A stretch of DNA of 64,000 bases from an uncultured Roseburia sp. (lineage in GTDB: Bacteria; Bacillota; Clostridia; Lachnospirales; Lachnospiraceae): assembly GCA_934292805.1 (NCBI GenBank), contig CAKQXQ010000009.1, forward strand, positions 8,804 to 72,803. Reading direction: 5' to 3'. Position 1 is the stretch's first letter, and the number at the start of each line of letters is the position of its first letter. This document shows positions 11,701-20,868 of this stretch, in pieces. A program made the position numbers and the translations under genes. The notes under the pieces were generated by a model. That model did no database searches and had not been told where the DNA came from. It saw only the letters and a program-made list of their open reading frames with translations.

Positions 11701-12244
11701 ACAGCACTTCTTCAGAAGTAATGTATTTTCCTTCCAGATAGTCCGAAAAACTGCGGTACATAACCGAAATATCCTGCATTTTTAAACGCAGAGTATCCCC
11801 GACTTCCTCCGTTTCCAGAAACTCATCCAGCTTTTCCGGCGACACATTGTACTGCTTCAATTCGGAGATCAATGATTTTACCTCACTGATATATCCCATG
11901 CGGTTTAAATTTCCGCCCAGGACTTTCAGATTTTTCTTCTGTTCCTCCGCTATTTTACGAAGGACAAGGTTTTTCCCCGTCTCTTCCAATACACGCAGAT
12001 TCTGCTTTCCAAGTTCATCAAACACACGGTAAGAAAGACGTTCAAAACTCAAAACATCGACATTCATGATCGCATGAGAATCCTGCAAACGTACCAGCTC
12101 CCTCTGTGTCTGCATTGTAAACTGTTCCGGTACGATCACCAGATAGTTCCTGTTCGGATAGTTTGCTGCTTCATTTAATATTTTTTCATATAAATAAATG
12201 GATTTTCCACTTCCCGAATTTCCAAAAATAAATTGCAGTGACAT
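8792..12244 (-). CDS. addB: ATP-dependent helicase/nuclease subunit B (AddB)
   Basis: N-terminal GNSGSGKS and a C-terminal Cys cluster (CDYCPYHTVC). The start was trimmed from 12343 to the ATG at 12244, which follows GGAAGGAAG. Confidence 0.9.
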   Translation of the reverse strand: MSLQFIFGNSGSGKSIYLYEKILNEAANYPNRNYLVIVPEQFTMQTQRELVRLQDSHAIMNVDVLSFERLSYRVFDELGKQNLRVLEETGKNLVLRKIAEEQKKNLKVLGGNLNRMGYISEVKSLISELKQYNVSPEKLDEFLETEEVGDTLRLKMQDISVMYRSFSDYLEGKYITSEEVLSLLCDVAEDSVILRDSVIIFDEFTGFTPIQNQLFRKLLTLAERIYVSVTMDAGEDFYHCRGEQELFAMSKKTVSVLLKMAEELHVEVKEPVVLSDGKKHRYKNAPSLYFMEQNLFRPYYHKWREEKEELRIACLKNPREELKFVAREITKCVREKNYCYKDIAVVTGDVSLYDNYVDEIFGAYEIPYFIDQTHTILFHPFIEFIRAVLEVVEQDFSYESVFRFLRCGLTDITERQIDLLENYVLAKGIRGKKKWKEAWTFVLNDSQKESLEEMNQVREEVFHFFEPLLNGFADKKTVRELTTLLYELIEELKIEQKLKQKEQEFEQQGDMVRAKEYSQIYKITMELFDKIVDFLGDEVLLIREYADILDAGFEAAKIGVIPPGNDNVTVGDIERTRLNHIKILFFIGVNDGVVPKAGNTGGIISQFEREKMASCNLELAPGAREKVFIQRFYLYLNVTKPSDFLYVTFSKVNAEGKAQRRSYFVGTLLKMFPEITIEEIEEAAPADCLMTPAGSMAFFLEGLKEDEEKIALEGTEGENAACCEWEELWNALAKYYLDDEEWKEEAERLLKTAYEVHSDEPVSHAVTKALYGTTLANSVTRLERFAACAYAHYLDYGLKLKERQLLEFASVDMGNIYHDALEHFSGRIEKSEYTWFNIPEEVCDAYIEESMDDAIAGCKNAGAFENVRNRYLTGRMRQTMKRTVWALTTQIRKGKFVPSDFEVSFSRADKLDAIHFQLSDEEKMNLLGRIDRVDTYETTDKVYVKIVDYKSGNTSFSLVNLYHGLQLQLVVYMNAALELEEKRHPGKKAEPAGIFYYHIQNPMVDGYYNETEEEIRNRVLEQLKLNGLVNKNPEIYEAMDADFTGNSSVIPIGKKTDGTLKATSKAASTADFAVMSDYVREKIKETGKKIFAGDISVHPYSLDGRTGCDYCPYHTVCGFDNRLPGYSYHKLEKFDHADDVLQRMKNENQQ

Positions 12245-12352
12245 GGTTCTTCCTTCCTGTTTTCCTGTCAGATATATCTTACCGACTTCCTGTTTTTCTA
12301 ATTTAGCATAATAACAGATAAGTCTGCAATATAATCCTGCCATCTACGTACA

Positions 12353-13414
12353 CTATGTTCTTCTGATCCCCTGATTTTTTCGATACTCAGCTGGCGATAC
12401 TCCATATTTTTTACGAAACAGCCGATAAAATGTAGTTCTGTTTTCATAATGAAGCGATTCAATAATCGCTGAAACAGAAAGTTCCGTGTTCAGCAATAGC
12501 CTGGATGCTTCTTGGAGGCAAATATTTCTTATATAAGCTGCCATTGTAATGCCTGTATGTTCCAAAAAAACCTCACTCAGATAATTTCCATTATAATTCA
12601 TTTCCCGTGAAAGCTCGCTGCGCTCTACTTTGTAAGGATGGCTGTGTATGTACGCTAAAATCCGTTCAAATAATCCCTCCGTATCTTTTATCGTGTAGTG
12701 AATATTATTACACTGATAAAACTCTGGAACCTGCAGAATAGCGATAAGCCTTTTCATAAAGCCTGATACAAAATCCATATATCCCGCCTTTTTCTCTATC
12801 ATTTCCTGCAGCATATGAACGCATATTTCGTTTATCTGCCTGTCTACATTTTCTGTGATCGGATGAAATTCCAGATAATCCATTTCTTTTGTATACGATA
12901 TATTTCTGTTTATAAAATCATCTAACTGAAGTCCTTTTGATCTTTTCTTTTCTGTATTCAGATACTTTTGGATAAATTCTTTAGATAAACTGAAATACAG
13001 TGCTTCAAAATTTCCAGTCGGGATCTCCATGTGACGTACATTCTGGTTAATAATACATATATCACCTTTCTGGTATCTGTAATACTGATCTTGAATTATA
13101 TAATCCGTTTCCCCATCGATCAGGTACACCATTTCAATATAATTGTGCCGATGCATTTCATAAGACTGCGATGCATTTTTACCAAAATGTACACATATGC
13201 TATTTTCCGGTGTGACGAGAATATTGTCCTGATAATCCGCTGTATATTTTGAAAGGATCAATAGTATTGAACTTGATAACTGTTGAAAAACTATGTTCTG
13301 ATTATTTACTAACACAACATACTCATTGTCTATATATTCTTTTGGTTGTTCCTTATCTATATCTATTTCTATTATTTTATCATTGTCAAAAAAACTATGA
13401 ACTATTTCTATCAT
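12353..13414 (-). CDS. AraC family transcriptional regulator (cupin-like N-terminus plus AraC HTH)
   Basis: C-terminal AraC-type HTH (…HYENRTTFYRLFRKKYGVSPAEYR). Divergent from the GH2 gene. Confidence 0.85.
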   Translation of the reverse strand: MIEIVHSFFDNDKIIEIDIDKEQPKEYIDNEYVVLVNNQNIVFQQLSSSILLILSKYTADYQDNILVTPENSICVHFGKNASQSYEMHRHNYIEMVYLIDGETDYIIQDQYYRYQKGDICIINQNVRHMEIPTGNFEALYFSLSKEFIQKYLNTEKKRSKGLQLDDFINRNISYTKEMDYLEFHPITENVDRQINEICVHMLQEMIEKKAGYMDFVSGFMKRLIAILQVPEFYQCNNIHYTIKDTEGLFERILAYIHSHPYKVERSELSREMNYNGNYLSEVFLEHTGITMAAYIRNICLQEASRLLLNTELSVSAIIESLHYENRTTFYRLFRKKYGVSPAEYRKNQGIRRT

Positions 13415-13576
13415 CCTTGCTCCTTGTATATGTGGAAATGATACAGATCTTTTCTTTTTATAATGTTAATCACATTGTATGACTATATAGTACCCCATAT
13501 TATGAATATATACAATATAAACAGCTTAGGTATCAGGCAAAAAATAATGTATGAAAAAAGTACAATGGAGGTTTTT

Positions 13577-15961
13577 ATGAAAAGACAACTTTGGAATGAT
13601 GGCTGGACGTTTTTCACGGAATCCAATCCGGATCCCATTCCAGTCACACTTCCCCATGATGCAATGCTCCACGGAGAACGTTCTCCTTTGAGTCCAGGGA
13701 AAGATGCAATGGGTTATTTTACAGGTGATATTTACCATTACAAAAAAATTTTTAAACTGTCTGAGGCAGAAGTGTCCCATTCAATCCTTTTATTTGACGG
13801 TGTGTTTCAAAATGTAACTGTAAAACTGAATGGAAAAACGATCGGTTCCCATCACTATGGGTATACACCTTTTGAGATTATTCTTGATCCGGCTTTATCC
13901 TATAACACTGAAAACGAGCTTGAAGTAATTGCCGATAATTCCAATTTACCTAATTCCAGATGGTATACCGGAGGTGGCATTTACAGAGATGTCTACCTTC
14001 TTACATCCGCTGAAAAATACATCAGACCAACTGGAGTTAAAATTGATACTGTTTCCATCAATCCACCTACTATCCGTATACAGACAGCACTTTCAGCTGA
14101 ACCAGTCTGCAACGAATCTGTACATATCGAGATAATGGATAATGGTAAAAAAATTGCAACAGCCATGGGAACAGACAGTACGATCATTCTTCCAGATGCA
14201 GCTTTATGGTCAGATGAAAAACCAAAGCTTTATTCTGCTGTTATTACACTTTCCGATGGAAACAAAGTTCTCGACAGCGATGTCGTAACCTTTGGTATTC
14301 GCAAGCTTGCCTGGTCTACCGATGGTTTTTTCGTAAATGATAAAAATACCCTTCTCCGTGGAGGATGTATCCACCATGATAATGGTATTTTAGGTTCTTG
14401 CAGCTATTATGAAGCAGAGCTTCGCAAAATACATCTGTTAAAAGAAAACGGCTATAACGCTGTCCGTATTGCACATAACCCGGCTTCCAAGGCTCTATTG
14501 GATGCATGTGATGAATGTGGCATGTATGTAATGGACGAAGCGTTCGATATGTGGTATGCCCATAAAAATAAATATGATTATGCTGCTTACTTTATGGATG
14601 ACTACGAATCAGATATCACCGCTATGGTAGAACATGATTATAATCATCCGAGCGTCATTATGTATTCTATTGGAAACGAAGTGAGCGAGCCGGCAAAACC
14701 GGAAGGAGTAGAAATTGCAATTAAAATGCGTGACCTCATCCGAAATCTTGATTCATCGCGCCCAGTCACTGCCGGAATCAATTTCATGGTTCTGATGTTA
14801 AGCAGTATGGGAAAAGGACTTTATGATGAAGGTGGGCTTGCAGCTGAAAATGCCAGCAAAGCACCTGGAAATAAAACACCGGAAAAGGGAAAAAAATCCG
14901 GAAGTCTTATGTTCAATACGATGATGACTGTTATGGGAAAAGGTATCAATAAAGTCGGCAATTCCAAAAAGGCAGATCTTGCAGCATCCCCGGTCTTAGA
15001 TACGCTTGATATTGCAGGTTACAACTATGCCAATGGCCGGTACAAGAAAGAAGGTCAGAAGCATCCAGACCGCATTATTCTTGGAAGTGAAACCTATCCA
15101 CAGGATATTTACGATAACTGGAAAAAAGTAACTGACCTTCCATATCTGATTGGAGACTTCATGTGGACAGCCTGGGATTATCTTGGAGAAGCTGCGATTG
15201 GAAGCTGGAATTATGAGGGGATATCCATGGTCAATATCAGATATCCATGGTTATTATCCTGTGCTGGATGCTTTGATATCATCGGCACCCCGGATGCCCA
15301 GGCTGCTTACGCTGCTACTGTCTGGGGGAAACGATCCGTTCCATATATTGGTGTCCAGCCGATCAATCATCCTGGAATCCGTGTCACTAAAGCTGCATGG
15401 CGCGGTACAAATGCTTTTTCAAGCTGGAGCTGGCGTAACTGTGAAGGTGAAAAAGCCACTGTCGAAATATATGCGGATGCTGATTCCGTAGAATTGTTTT
15501 TAAATGATATAAAAATCGGAAAGAAAAAACTCAGGAAAATGAAAGCTGTTTTCAAAGTTCCTTACAGGAAAGGTACTTTAAAGGCAATCTGTCTGGATAA
15601 AAACGGAAATCCGCTTGGACAGTCTTCCATCGTTTCTGCCTCTGACAGTCTTCATGTTGAAATCACACAGGAAGCAGCCTACACCGATTCCGGTCTTGTC
15701 TTTGTAGACCTTGCAGTCTCTGATAAAGACCATATTGTTGAGTCAAATGCAGATACCTTACTTACCGTTGATGTAACGAATGGAGAACTGCTCGGTCTCG
15801 GAAGTGCCAAACCCGATCCGACGCTTACTTATACCGGCAATCAGGTGCAGACTTACTATGGCAGAGCCCTGGCTGTCGTCCGGATCCAAAAGGACATAAA
15901 AACTTCTATCACTGTGACAACCGCTAATGGACACAAGTATACAAAAGAAATCTGTTTATAA
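13577..15961 (+). CDS. Glycoside hydrolase family 2 protein (beta-galactosidase or beta-glucuronidase class)
   Basis: GH2 sugar-binding N-terminus (WNDGWTF) and a SIGNEVSE acid/base region. The start was trimmed to the ATG at 13577, behind GGAGG. Confidence 0.85.
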   Translation: MKRQLWNDGWTFFTESNPDPIPVTLPHDAMLHGERSPLSPGKDAMGYFTGDIYHYKKIFKLSEAEVSHSILLFDGVFQNVTVKLNGKTIGSHHYGYTPFEIILDPALSYNTENELEVIADNSNLPNSRWYTGGGIYRDVYLLTSAEKYIRPTGVKIDTVSINPPTIRIQTALSAEPVCNESVHIEIMDNGKKIATAMGTDSTIILPDAALWSDEKPKLYSAVITLSDGNKVLDSDVVTFGIRKLAWSTDGFFVNDKNTLLRGGCIHHDNGILGSCSYYEAELRKIHLLKENGYNAVRIAHNPASKALLDACDECGMYVMDEAFDMWYAHKNKYDYAAYFMDDYESDITAMVEHDYNHPSVIMYSIGNEVSEPAKPEGVEIAIKMRDLIRNLDSSRPVTAGINFMVLMLSSMGKGLYDEGGLAAENASKAPGNKTPEKGKKSGSLMFNTMMTVMGKGINKVGNSKKADLAASPVLDTLDIAGYNYANGRYKKEGQKHPDRIILGSETYPQDIYDNWKKVTDLPYLIGDFMWTAWDYLGEAAIGSWNYEGISMVNIRYPWLLSCAGCFDIIGTPDAQAAYAATVWGKRSVPYIGVQPINHPGIRVTKAAWRGTNAFSSWSWRNCEGEKATVEIYADADSVELFLNDIKIGKKKLRKMKAVFKVPYRKGTLKAICLDKNGNPLGQSSIVSASDSLHVEITQEAAYTDSGLVFVDLAVSDKDHIVESNADTLLTVDVTNGELLGLGSAKPDPTLTYTGNQVQTYYGRALAVVRIQKDIKTSITVTTANGHKYTKEICL

Positions 15962-16007
15962 ATGCTCTGATGAAAACTTTAGACAAAAATATCTATTGGA
16001 AAATCAA

Positions 16008-16049
16008 CAAAATCCGGAGAAACCTTTTACAAGTTTCTCCGGATTTTTA
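16008..16049. terminator. Bidirectional intrinsic terminator between the convergent GH2 and tdk genes
   Basis: A 12-bp perfect stem pairs ATCCGGAGAAAC (16012-16023) with GTTTCTCCGGAT (16033-16044). An A-run precedes it and a T-run follows. Confidence 0.8.
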
Positions 16050-16628
16050 CATCTCATCAAATTTTAAATTGCCGAGATTTCCTTCCCGTAAATGCTTTCT
16101 GCAGAGTGCCACATAGGAATCATTGCCTCCTAGCACAACCTGCTCTCCTTCTCTTACAATGCCGTATTTGTTGTATCTGGCATTGCATTTGGCTGCTTTT
16201 CCACACCAGCAGACGGTACGGATCTCTTCGATCTCATCTGCCCATGCCATAAGCCATATGCTTCCTTCAAATGGTTCATTGCGGAAATCTGCACGCAGTC
16301 CGTAACAGATGACCGGAACATTCAGATCATCCACAAAATGGACAAACTGCTCAATCTGAGCTTTTGTACAGAACTGTGCCTCATCAACGATAATACAATC
16401 ATACTCCCTGATCTCATCATCTGACAGCCTTACCAGTTCTTCGATCCAGATACATTCTTTTTTCAGACCGATGCGCGAGCTGATCACTTTTTCCCCATCT
16501 CTTGTATCAATCTCAGGTTTTGCTAAAAGTGCCTTCTTCCCACGCTCCCTGTAATTATATTCCACCATTAAAGCATTCGCCGTCTTAGAGCTCCCCATTG
16601 CTCCGTAACGGAAAAATAGTTTTGCCAT
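16047..16628 (-). CDS. tdk: Thymidine kinase
   Basis: P-loop GAMGSSKT and the C-terminal zinc-ribbon cysteines. Confidence 0.95.
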   Translation of the reverse strand: MAKLFFRYGAMGSSKTANALMVEYNYRERGKKALLAKPEIDTRDGEKVISSRIGLKKECIWIEELVRLSDDEIREYDCIIVDEAQFCTKAQIEQFVHFVDDLNVPVICYGLRADFRNEPFEGSIWLMAWADEIEEIRTVCWCGKAAKCNARYNKYGIVREGEQVVLGGNDSYVALCRKHLREGNLGNLKFDEM

Positions 16629-16682
16629 CTTCTTTCTCCCGGTCAGCTTTCCGGCGTGACAAACATGTCACTGCCATAAAGT

Positions 16683-18473
16683 CTATTTTCCTTCTTTTTT
16701 CTTACGATACCCATTGATATCATATTTTCTTTCGTATTCATCAAAATACATCTGGTACATTTCATTTTTGCGTTCTCTGACACTCTTCAAATACTGATGG
16801 GTATCAAAATCCGCTGCTTCAATCTCGATCATAGCAACTGCAATGTTAGAACAGTGTGCTGCCATTCTTTCCAGATTGGTAAGCATATCATTAAATGCAA
16901 ATCCCTGTTTCATTTCGCATTTTCCGGTACGAAGTCTTGCGATATGACGCAGTTTCAATTCATCACACAAAAGACCGATCAGCTCACGAAGCGGTTCTAC
17001 TTTGGCTGCCATTTCAAGATCATCTGTGCAGAATGCATCCACTGCAAGGCTTACACATTCTTTTACTGCACCCTCTAATACAGAAAGCTCATAGGATGCT
17101 TCGTCTGAGAACGAAATCTTCTTTTCATTTAATTCTTCTGCTACTTCTGAAATATTTACTGCATGGTCTCCAAGACGTTCAAAGTCACTGACTGTGTGTA
17201 AGAACTTGGATACCTGTTTTGCCTGATTTGCATTCATCTCATGCGTAGTCATCTGCATAAGATAAGTACCAAGCTTATCCTCATATTTATCGATCAGGTT
17301 CTCTTTCTCCTGAACCTTATTAAACTTTTCTGTTGAAAACTCATCCATAAGGCTCATTGCTCGAAGGATATTCTTTCTTGCTTTCTTAGCCATACCATTC
17401 ATAGCTGCGTGGCTCTGTGTGATCGCAAGGTCCGGGTAATTTAAAAAACGTTCCTCAAGAAGATCAAAATCTGCCTGATCTTCCTCATCTTCCGGTGAGT
17501 CTTTCACAACTGTGTATACAAGCTTCTCAATAAGCTTGATAAATGGCATAAGAACAAGAATCGTTGCTGCACGGAATACCGTATTCAACAATGCGATGAG
17601 GATTGGGTTCATTGTCATATCCATAAATGGGAAATGCACGAATGCATTCACAGAATAGAATACAATAGACCAGAATAACATACCAAATAAGTCATTGAAA
17701 AGATAGATCAATGCTGTTCTTTTACCGTTTTTGTTCGTTCCGATAGAAGAAAGTAATACCGGACATGCAGCTCCGACACCGATACCCATCGTAATCGGGA
17801 GTGCTGCGGCGAATGTGATCGATCCACTCATGGACAATGCCTGAAGGATACCGACAGATGCAGATGCACTCTGAAGAACTGCTGTGATCAGAATACCTGC
17901 AAGAATACCTGCTGCCGGATTTTTAAACATTGTGAGGATATTCACAAAGTGTTCGTTATCTTTTAACGGAGATACCGCACCACTCATTGTCTGCATTCCA
18001 ACCATCAGGATGGAAAATCCAAGCATGATATCACCGACATTTTTAAATCCGGGCTTTTTAATGAATGTTTTAAAAATAATACCAATAATTGCTACAATTG
18101 CGGAAATCGTAGCAGTAGATAATAACTGTGCGATCCCGTTTGAACCATCAATATAGGAAAGACAAAGGATCCATCCTGTCACACTGGTTCCGATGTTGGC
18201 ACCCATAATGATACCGATCGCCTGTGCGACCTTCATCATACCTGAGTTAACAAAACCTACTACCATAACCGTCGTTGCTGAAGACGACTGGATAATGGCT
18301 GTTACGATCGTTCCAAGTAAAATTCCCTTGATCGGGGTGTTGGTAAGCTTATAGAGTACTAACTCTAACTTATTTCCAGCTACCTTTTTCAATCCGTCAC
18401 CCATTAAGGACATACCAAACAGGAACAATGCTACTCCACTGAGCAGCGATAAAATAATTGTAATTGTTGTCAT
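16683..18473 (-). CDS. Na/Pi cotransporter family protein with a C-terminal PhoU-like domain
   Basis: Polytopic N-terminal half with duplicated Na/Pi-cotransporter-type repeats, and a soluble helical C-terminal half resembling PhoU. Confidence 0.85.
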   Translation of the reverse strand: MTTITIILSLLSGVALFLFGMSLMGDGLKKVAGNKLELVLYKLTNTPIKGILLGTIVTAIIQSSSATTVMVVGFVNSGMMKVAQAIGIIMGANIGTSVTGWILCLSYIDGSNGIAQLLSTATISAIVAIIGIIFKTFIKKPGFKNVGDIMLGFSILMVGMQTMSGAVSPLKDNEHFVNILTMFKNPAAGILAGILITAVLQSASASVGILQALSMSGSITFAAALPITMGIGVGAACPVLLSSIGTNKNGKRTALIYLFNDLFGMLFWSIVFYSVNAFVHFPFMDMTMNPILIALLNTVFRAATILVLMPFIKLIEKLVYTVVKDSPEDEEDQADFDLLEERFLNYPDLAITQSHAAMNGMAKKARKNILRAMSLMDEFSTEKFNKVQEKENLIDKYEDKLGTYLMQMTTHEMNANQAKQVSKFLHTVSDFERLGDHAVNISEVAEELNEKKISFSDEASYELSVLEGAVKECVSLAVDAFCTDDLEMAAKVEPLRELIGLLCDELKLRHIARLRTGKCEMKQGFAFNDMLTNLERMAAHCSNIAVAMIEIEAADFDTHQYLKSVRERKNEMYQMYFDEYERKYDINGYRKKKEGK

Positions 18474-18577
18474 TTGTGCTCCTAACTACGCTATTTCTTT
18501 CTCTCTATCGCGTATGACTGTTATTCACTTCCTGCAGCACCGGATATTGTAATTCATTCATCTACTCCGGCTGTTGT

Positions 18578-18605
18578 TTTACATAAAATTTACACTCTTT
18601 TTACG
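18578..18605. promoter_or_regulatory. Three phased Pho-box-like hexamers upstream of the Na/Pi transporter gene
   Basis: TTTACA (18578-18583), TTTACA (18589-18594) and TTTACG (18600-18605) sit at exactly 11-bp spacing. In minus sense, a TACAAT -10 lies at 18551-18546. Confidence 0.4.
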
Positions 18606-18719
18606 TAAACCCGACATTTCTATTATACTGTACATAACAGTAAAATCACAATGATTTTATGTCTCTTTGCTTTATTTTTTACATTTTTCCCATGAATTTG
18701 TCATTTTTTGCAACAAATA

Positions 18720-19379
18720 TTAGTAATTATTTATTCCAACTGCTTCTTTTGCAAGACGATCCGCCTCTTCATTTCCGTCTACTCCGGAATGTCCCTTGAC
18801 TTTGACAAAGTGAACACTGATTTTATCTTTTACGGATTGCATATAGTCATAATATGCAATGGTTCCCATTTTATTACGTTTCCATCCGCCGGTCGCCCAC
18901 ATTTCAATTCCCATATAATCATAGTAAATCGTGATCTTTGGAAGTCCTAGTTCAAGTGCCTTTTCCACTGCTGCCATTGCACCTAAGATCTCTCCGGAAA
19001 CATTACGCATGGATGCCATCTCCTCATCATTTCCGGACCCCTGAAGCACTTCTTTTTTCCCGTTATGAATAAGAAAGCCGCCGTAACCATAGACTTTGGT
19101 TGCAATATTGTAAGAACCATCCACAAATGCGTAGATTTCCGGTTCTTCTGCAGAATTAACGTTTTTTTCTGCCTTCTTTAGAGCATTTTCTGTCTTTGCA
19201 TCTCTTTTTCCCTGTGTATATCTGGTCTCTGTGCCTGTAAAATCTCTTGCTTCCTCAAGTGTCTTGAAGCTCTTGTAGACCGCACCCGGATATCCGTCTA
19301 CCATTTTTTTACAATCTTCCCAGTTGTCATAGACTCCTGGAATTTTGCCTTTCTTTACTGCATAAAATTTTGATGTCAT
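18720..19379 (-). CDS. rnhA: Ribonuclease HI with an N-terminal RNA/DNA hybrid-binding domain
   Basis: N-terminus reads FYAVKKGKIPGVYDNWEDCKKMVDGYPGAVYKSFKTLEEA. The C-terminal RNase H fold carries DGS…E…D…NEEADRLAK. Confidence 0.85.
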   Translation of the reverse strand: MTSKFYAVKKGKIPGVYDNWEDCKKMVDGYPGAVYKSFKTLEEARDFTGTETRYTQGKRDAKTENALKKAEKNVNSAEEPEIYAFVDGSYNIATKVYGYGGFLIHNGKKEVLQGSGNDEEMASMRNVSGEILGAMAAVEKALELGLPKITIYYDYMGIEMWATGGWKRNKMGTIAYYDYMQSVKDKISVHFVKVKGHSGVDGNEEADRLAKEAVGINNY

Positions 19380-19420
19380 GTCTGTAATGGTCTCCTTTGG
19401 TGGTTTATCTTTTTTAGTTC

Positions 19421-19676
19421 TTGGAAGCCTACGCTATGAGTGCCATGCAAGCGGCAGCTCGACTTCGCAAGCTCCGTCTCGCTGTCGTTTGCATTCTTAC
19501 AGAATAAGTAAAAAGCACACTTCCTCCTGCGAGCAGGGGAATAGGGCTTTGGAAGCCTACGCTATGAGTGCCATGCAAGCGGCAGCTCGACTCCGCAAGC
19601 TTCGTCTCGCTGTCGTTTGCATTCTTACAGAATAAGTAAAAAGCACACTTCCTCCTGCGAGCAGGGGAATTGTGCT
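19421..19676. repeat. Tandem direct repeat, two units of 128 bp
   Basis: Unit 1 (19421-19548) and unit 2 (19549-19676) differ at 4 of 128 positions by hand alignment. Confidence 0.9.
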
Positions 19677-19700
19677 TTTCACTTATTCTGCACTCATAGC
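19561..19700. other. 140-nt three-helix palindromic element abutting the prfA stop codon
   Basis: P1 is an 11/11 helix, 19561-19571 with 19690-19700. P2 is a 17-bp helix, 19575-19591 with 19604-19620. P3 is a 19-bp helix, 19629-19647 with 19671-19689. Confidence 0.6.
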
Positions 19701-20771
19701 TTATTCGTTCATGTTTGCGAGTTTTTTTGCCTGGTCAGCTGCGATACATGCATCGATGATCTCCTGGATATCACCATTCATGATCTTATCCAGTTTATAA
19801 AGTGTCAGGTTGATACGATGATCTGTAACACGTCCCTGTGGGAAGTTATAGGTTCTGATCTTCTCAGAACGATCACCCGTACCGATCTGGCTCTTACGAA
19901 GCTCAGCTTCTGCATCATGTGCCTTCTGCTGCTCTAAGTCATATAACTTGGTACGAAGTAAAGCAAATGCTTTTGCCTTATTCTGGATCTGTGATTTCTC
20001 TGTCTGGCTGTAAATCACGATTCCGGTTGGTATATGTGTCAGACGAACCGCAGAGTCTGTGGTGTTGACACACTGTCCGCCTGCTCCGGACGCACGACAC
20101 ACGTCGATACGGATGTCTTTATCGTCAATCGTAACGTCAACATCTTCCGCTTCCGGCATCACAGCAACTGTGATCGTGGAAGTATGGATACGTCCGCCGG
20201 ACTCTGTCTCCGGCACACGCTGTACACGGTGTACACCGGATTCATATTTCATCACAGAATATGCACCTGCACCTGTGATCATGAATGTAACACTCTTCAT
20301 ACCGCCGATTCCGGTATCATCACATTCCATAATCTCTGTTTTCCAGTTCTTTGTCTCAGCATAATGCTGGTACATACGATAAATCTCTGCTGCAAATAAG
20401 GCTGCCTCATCTCCGCCTGCACCTGCACGAATCTCAACAATAACATTCTTGTCATCATTCGGGTCCTTAGGTAACAGAAGGATTTTTAATTCATTTTCCA
20501 ACTCTGTCACGCGGTTCTTGGATTCGTTCAGCTCTTCTTTTGCAAGCTCACGCATCTCTTCGTCGGACTCCTCTTCTAACATTGCAAGAGAATCTTCAAT
20601 ATTCTGTTTGCACTGTTTATATTCTTTATATGCCTCTACGATTGGTAAAATATCACTCTGTTCTTTCATCAGCTTGCGGAAACGTTCCGGATTATTTGCA
20701 ACATCCGGTTCGCTAAGCTCACTCATTAATTCTTCATAACGGATCAGTAAGTCCTCTAATTTATCAAACAT
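19701..20771 (-). CDS. prfA: Peptide chain release factor 1
   Basis: GGQ motif (SGAGGQCVN) and the RF1-type PET tripeptide. The start was trimmed from 20921 to the ATG at 20771, behind GAGAGGAAG. Confidence 0.95.
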   Translation of the reverse strand: MFDKLEDLLIRYEELMSELSEPDVANNPERFRKLMKEQSDILPIVEAYKEYKQCKQNIEDSLAMLEEESDEEMRELAKEELNESKNRVTELENELKILLLPKDPNDDKNVIVEIRAGAGGDEAALFAAEIYRMYQHYAETKNWKTEIMECDDTGIGGMKSVTFMITGAGAYSVMKYESGVHRVQRVPETESGGRIHTSTITVAVMPEAEDVDVTIDDKDIRIDVCRASGAGGQCVNTTDSAVRLTHIPTGIVIYSQTEKSQIQNKAKAFALLRTKLYDLEQQKAHDAEAELRKSQIGTGDRSEKIRTYNFPQGRVTDHRINLTLYKLDKIMNGDIQEIIDACIAADQAKKLANMNE

Positions 20772-20868
20772 AATTCTTCCTCTCTGTTCTTCCTTTGCAA
20801 ATGGATCCAAATCCATTTCCATGGATAAAATATATCTGTAAGTTACCTGTCTGTTATCTGCATCACCG

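Noticed and set aside
19421-19676. Possible CRISPR array
   Set aside because: There are only two copies. The units are 128 bp long and directly abutting, with no spacers. No cas genes are in the window.
19378-19937. Plus-strand ORFs of 85 aa (19378-19635) and 106 aa (19617-19937) from the ORF track
   Set aside because: Both are read out of the tandem repeat and palindromic element, so their repeated peptide segments simply mirror the DNA repeat. The second is also antisense to prfA. Neither has an SD.
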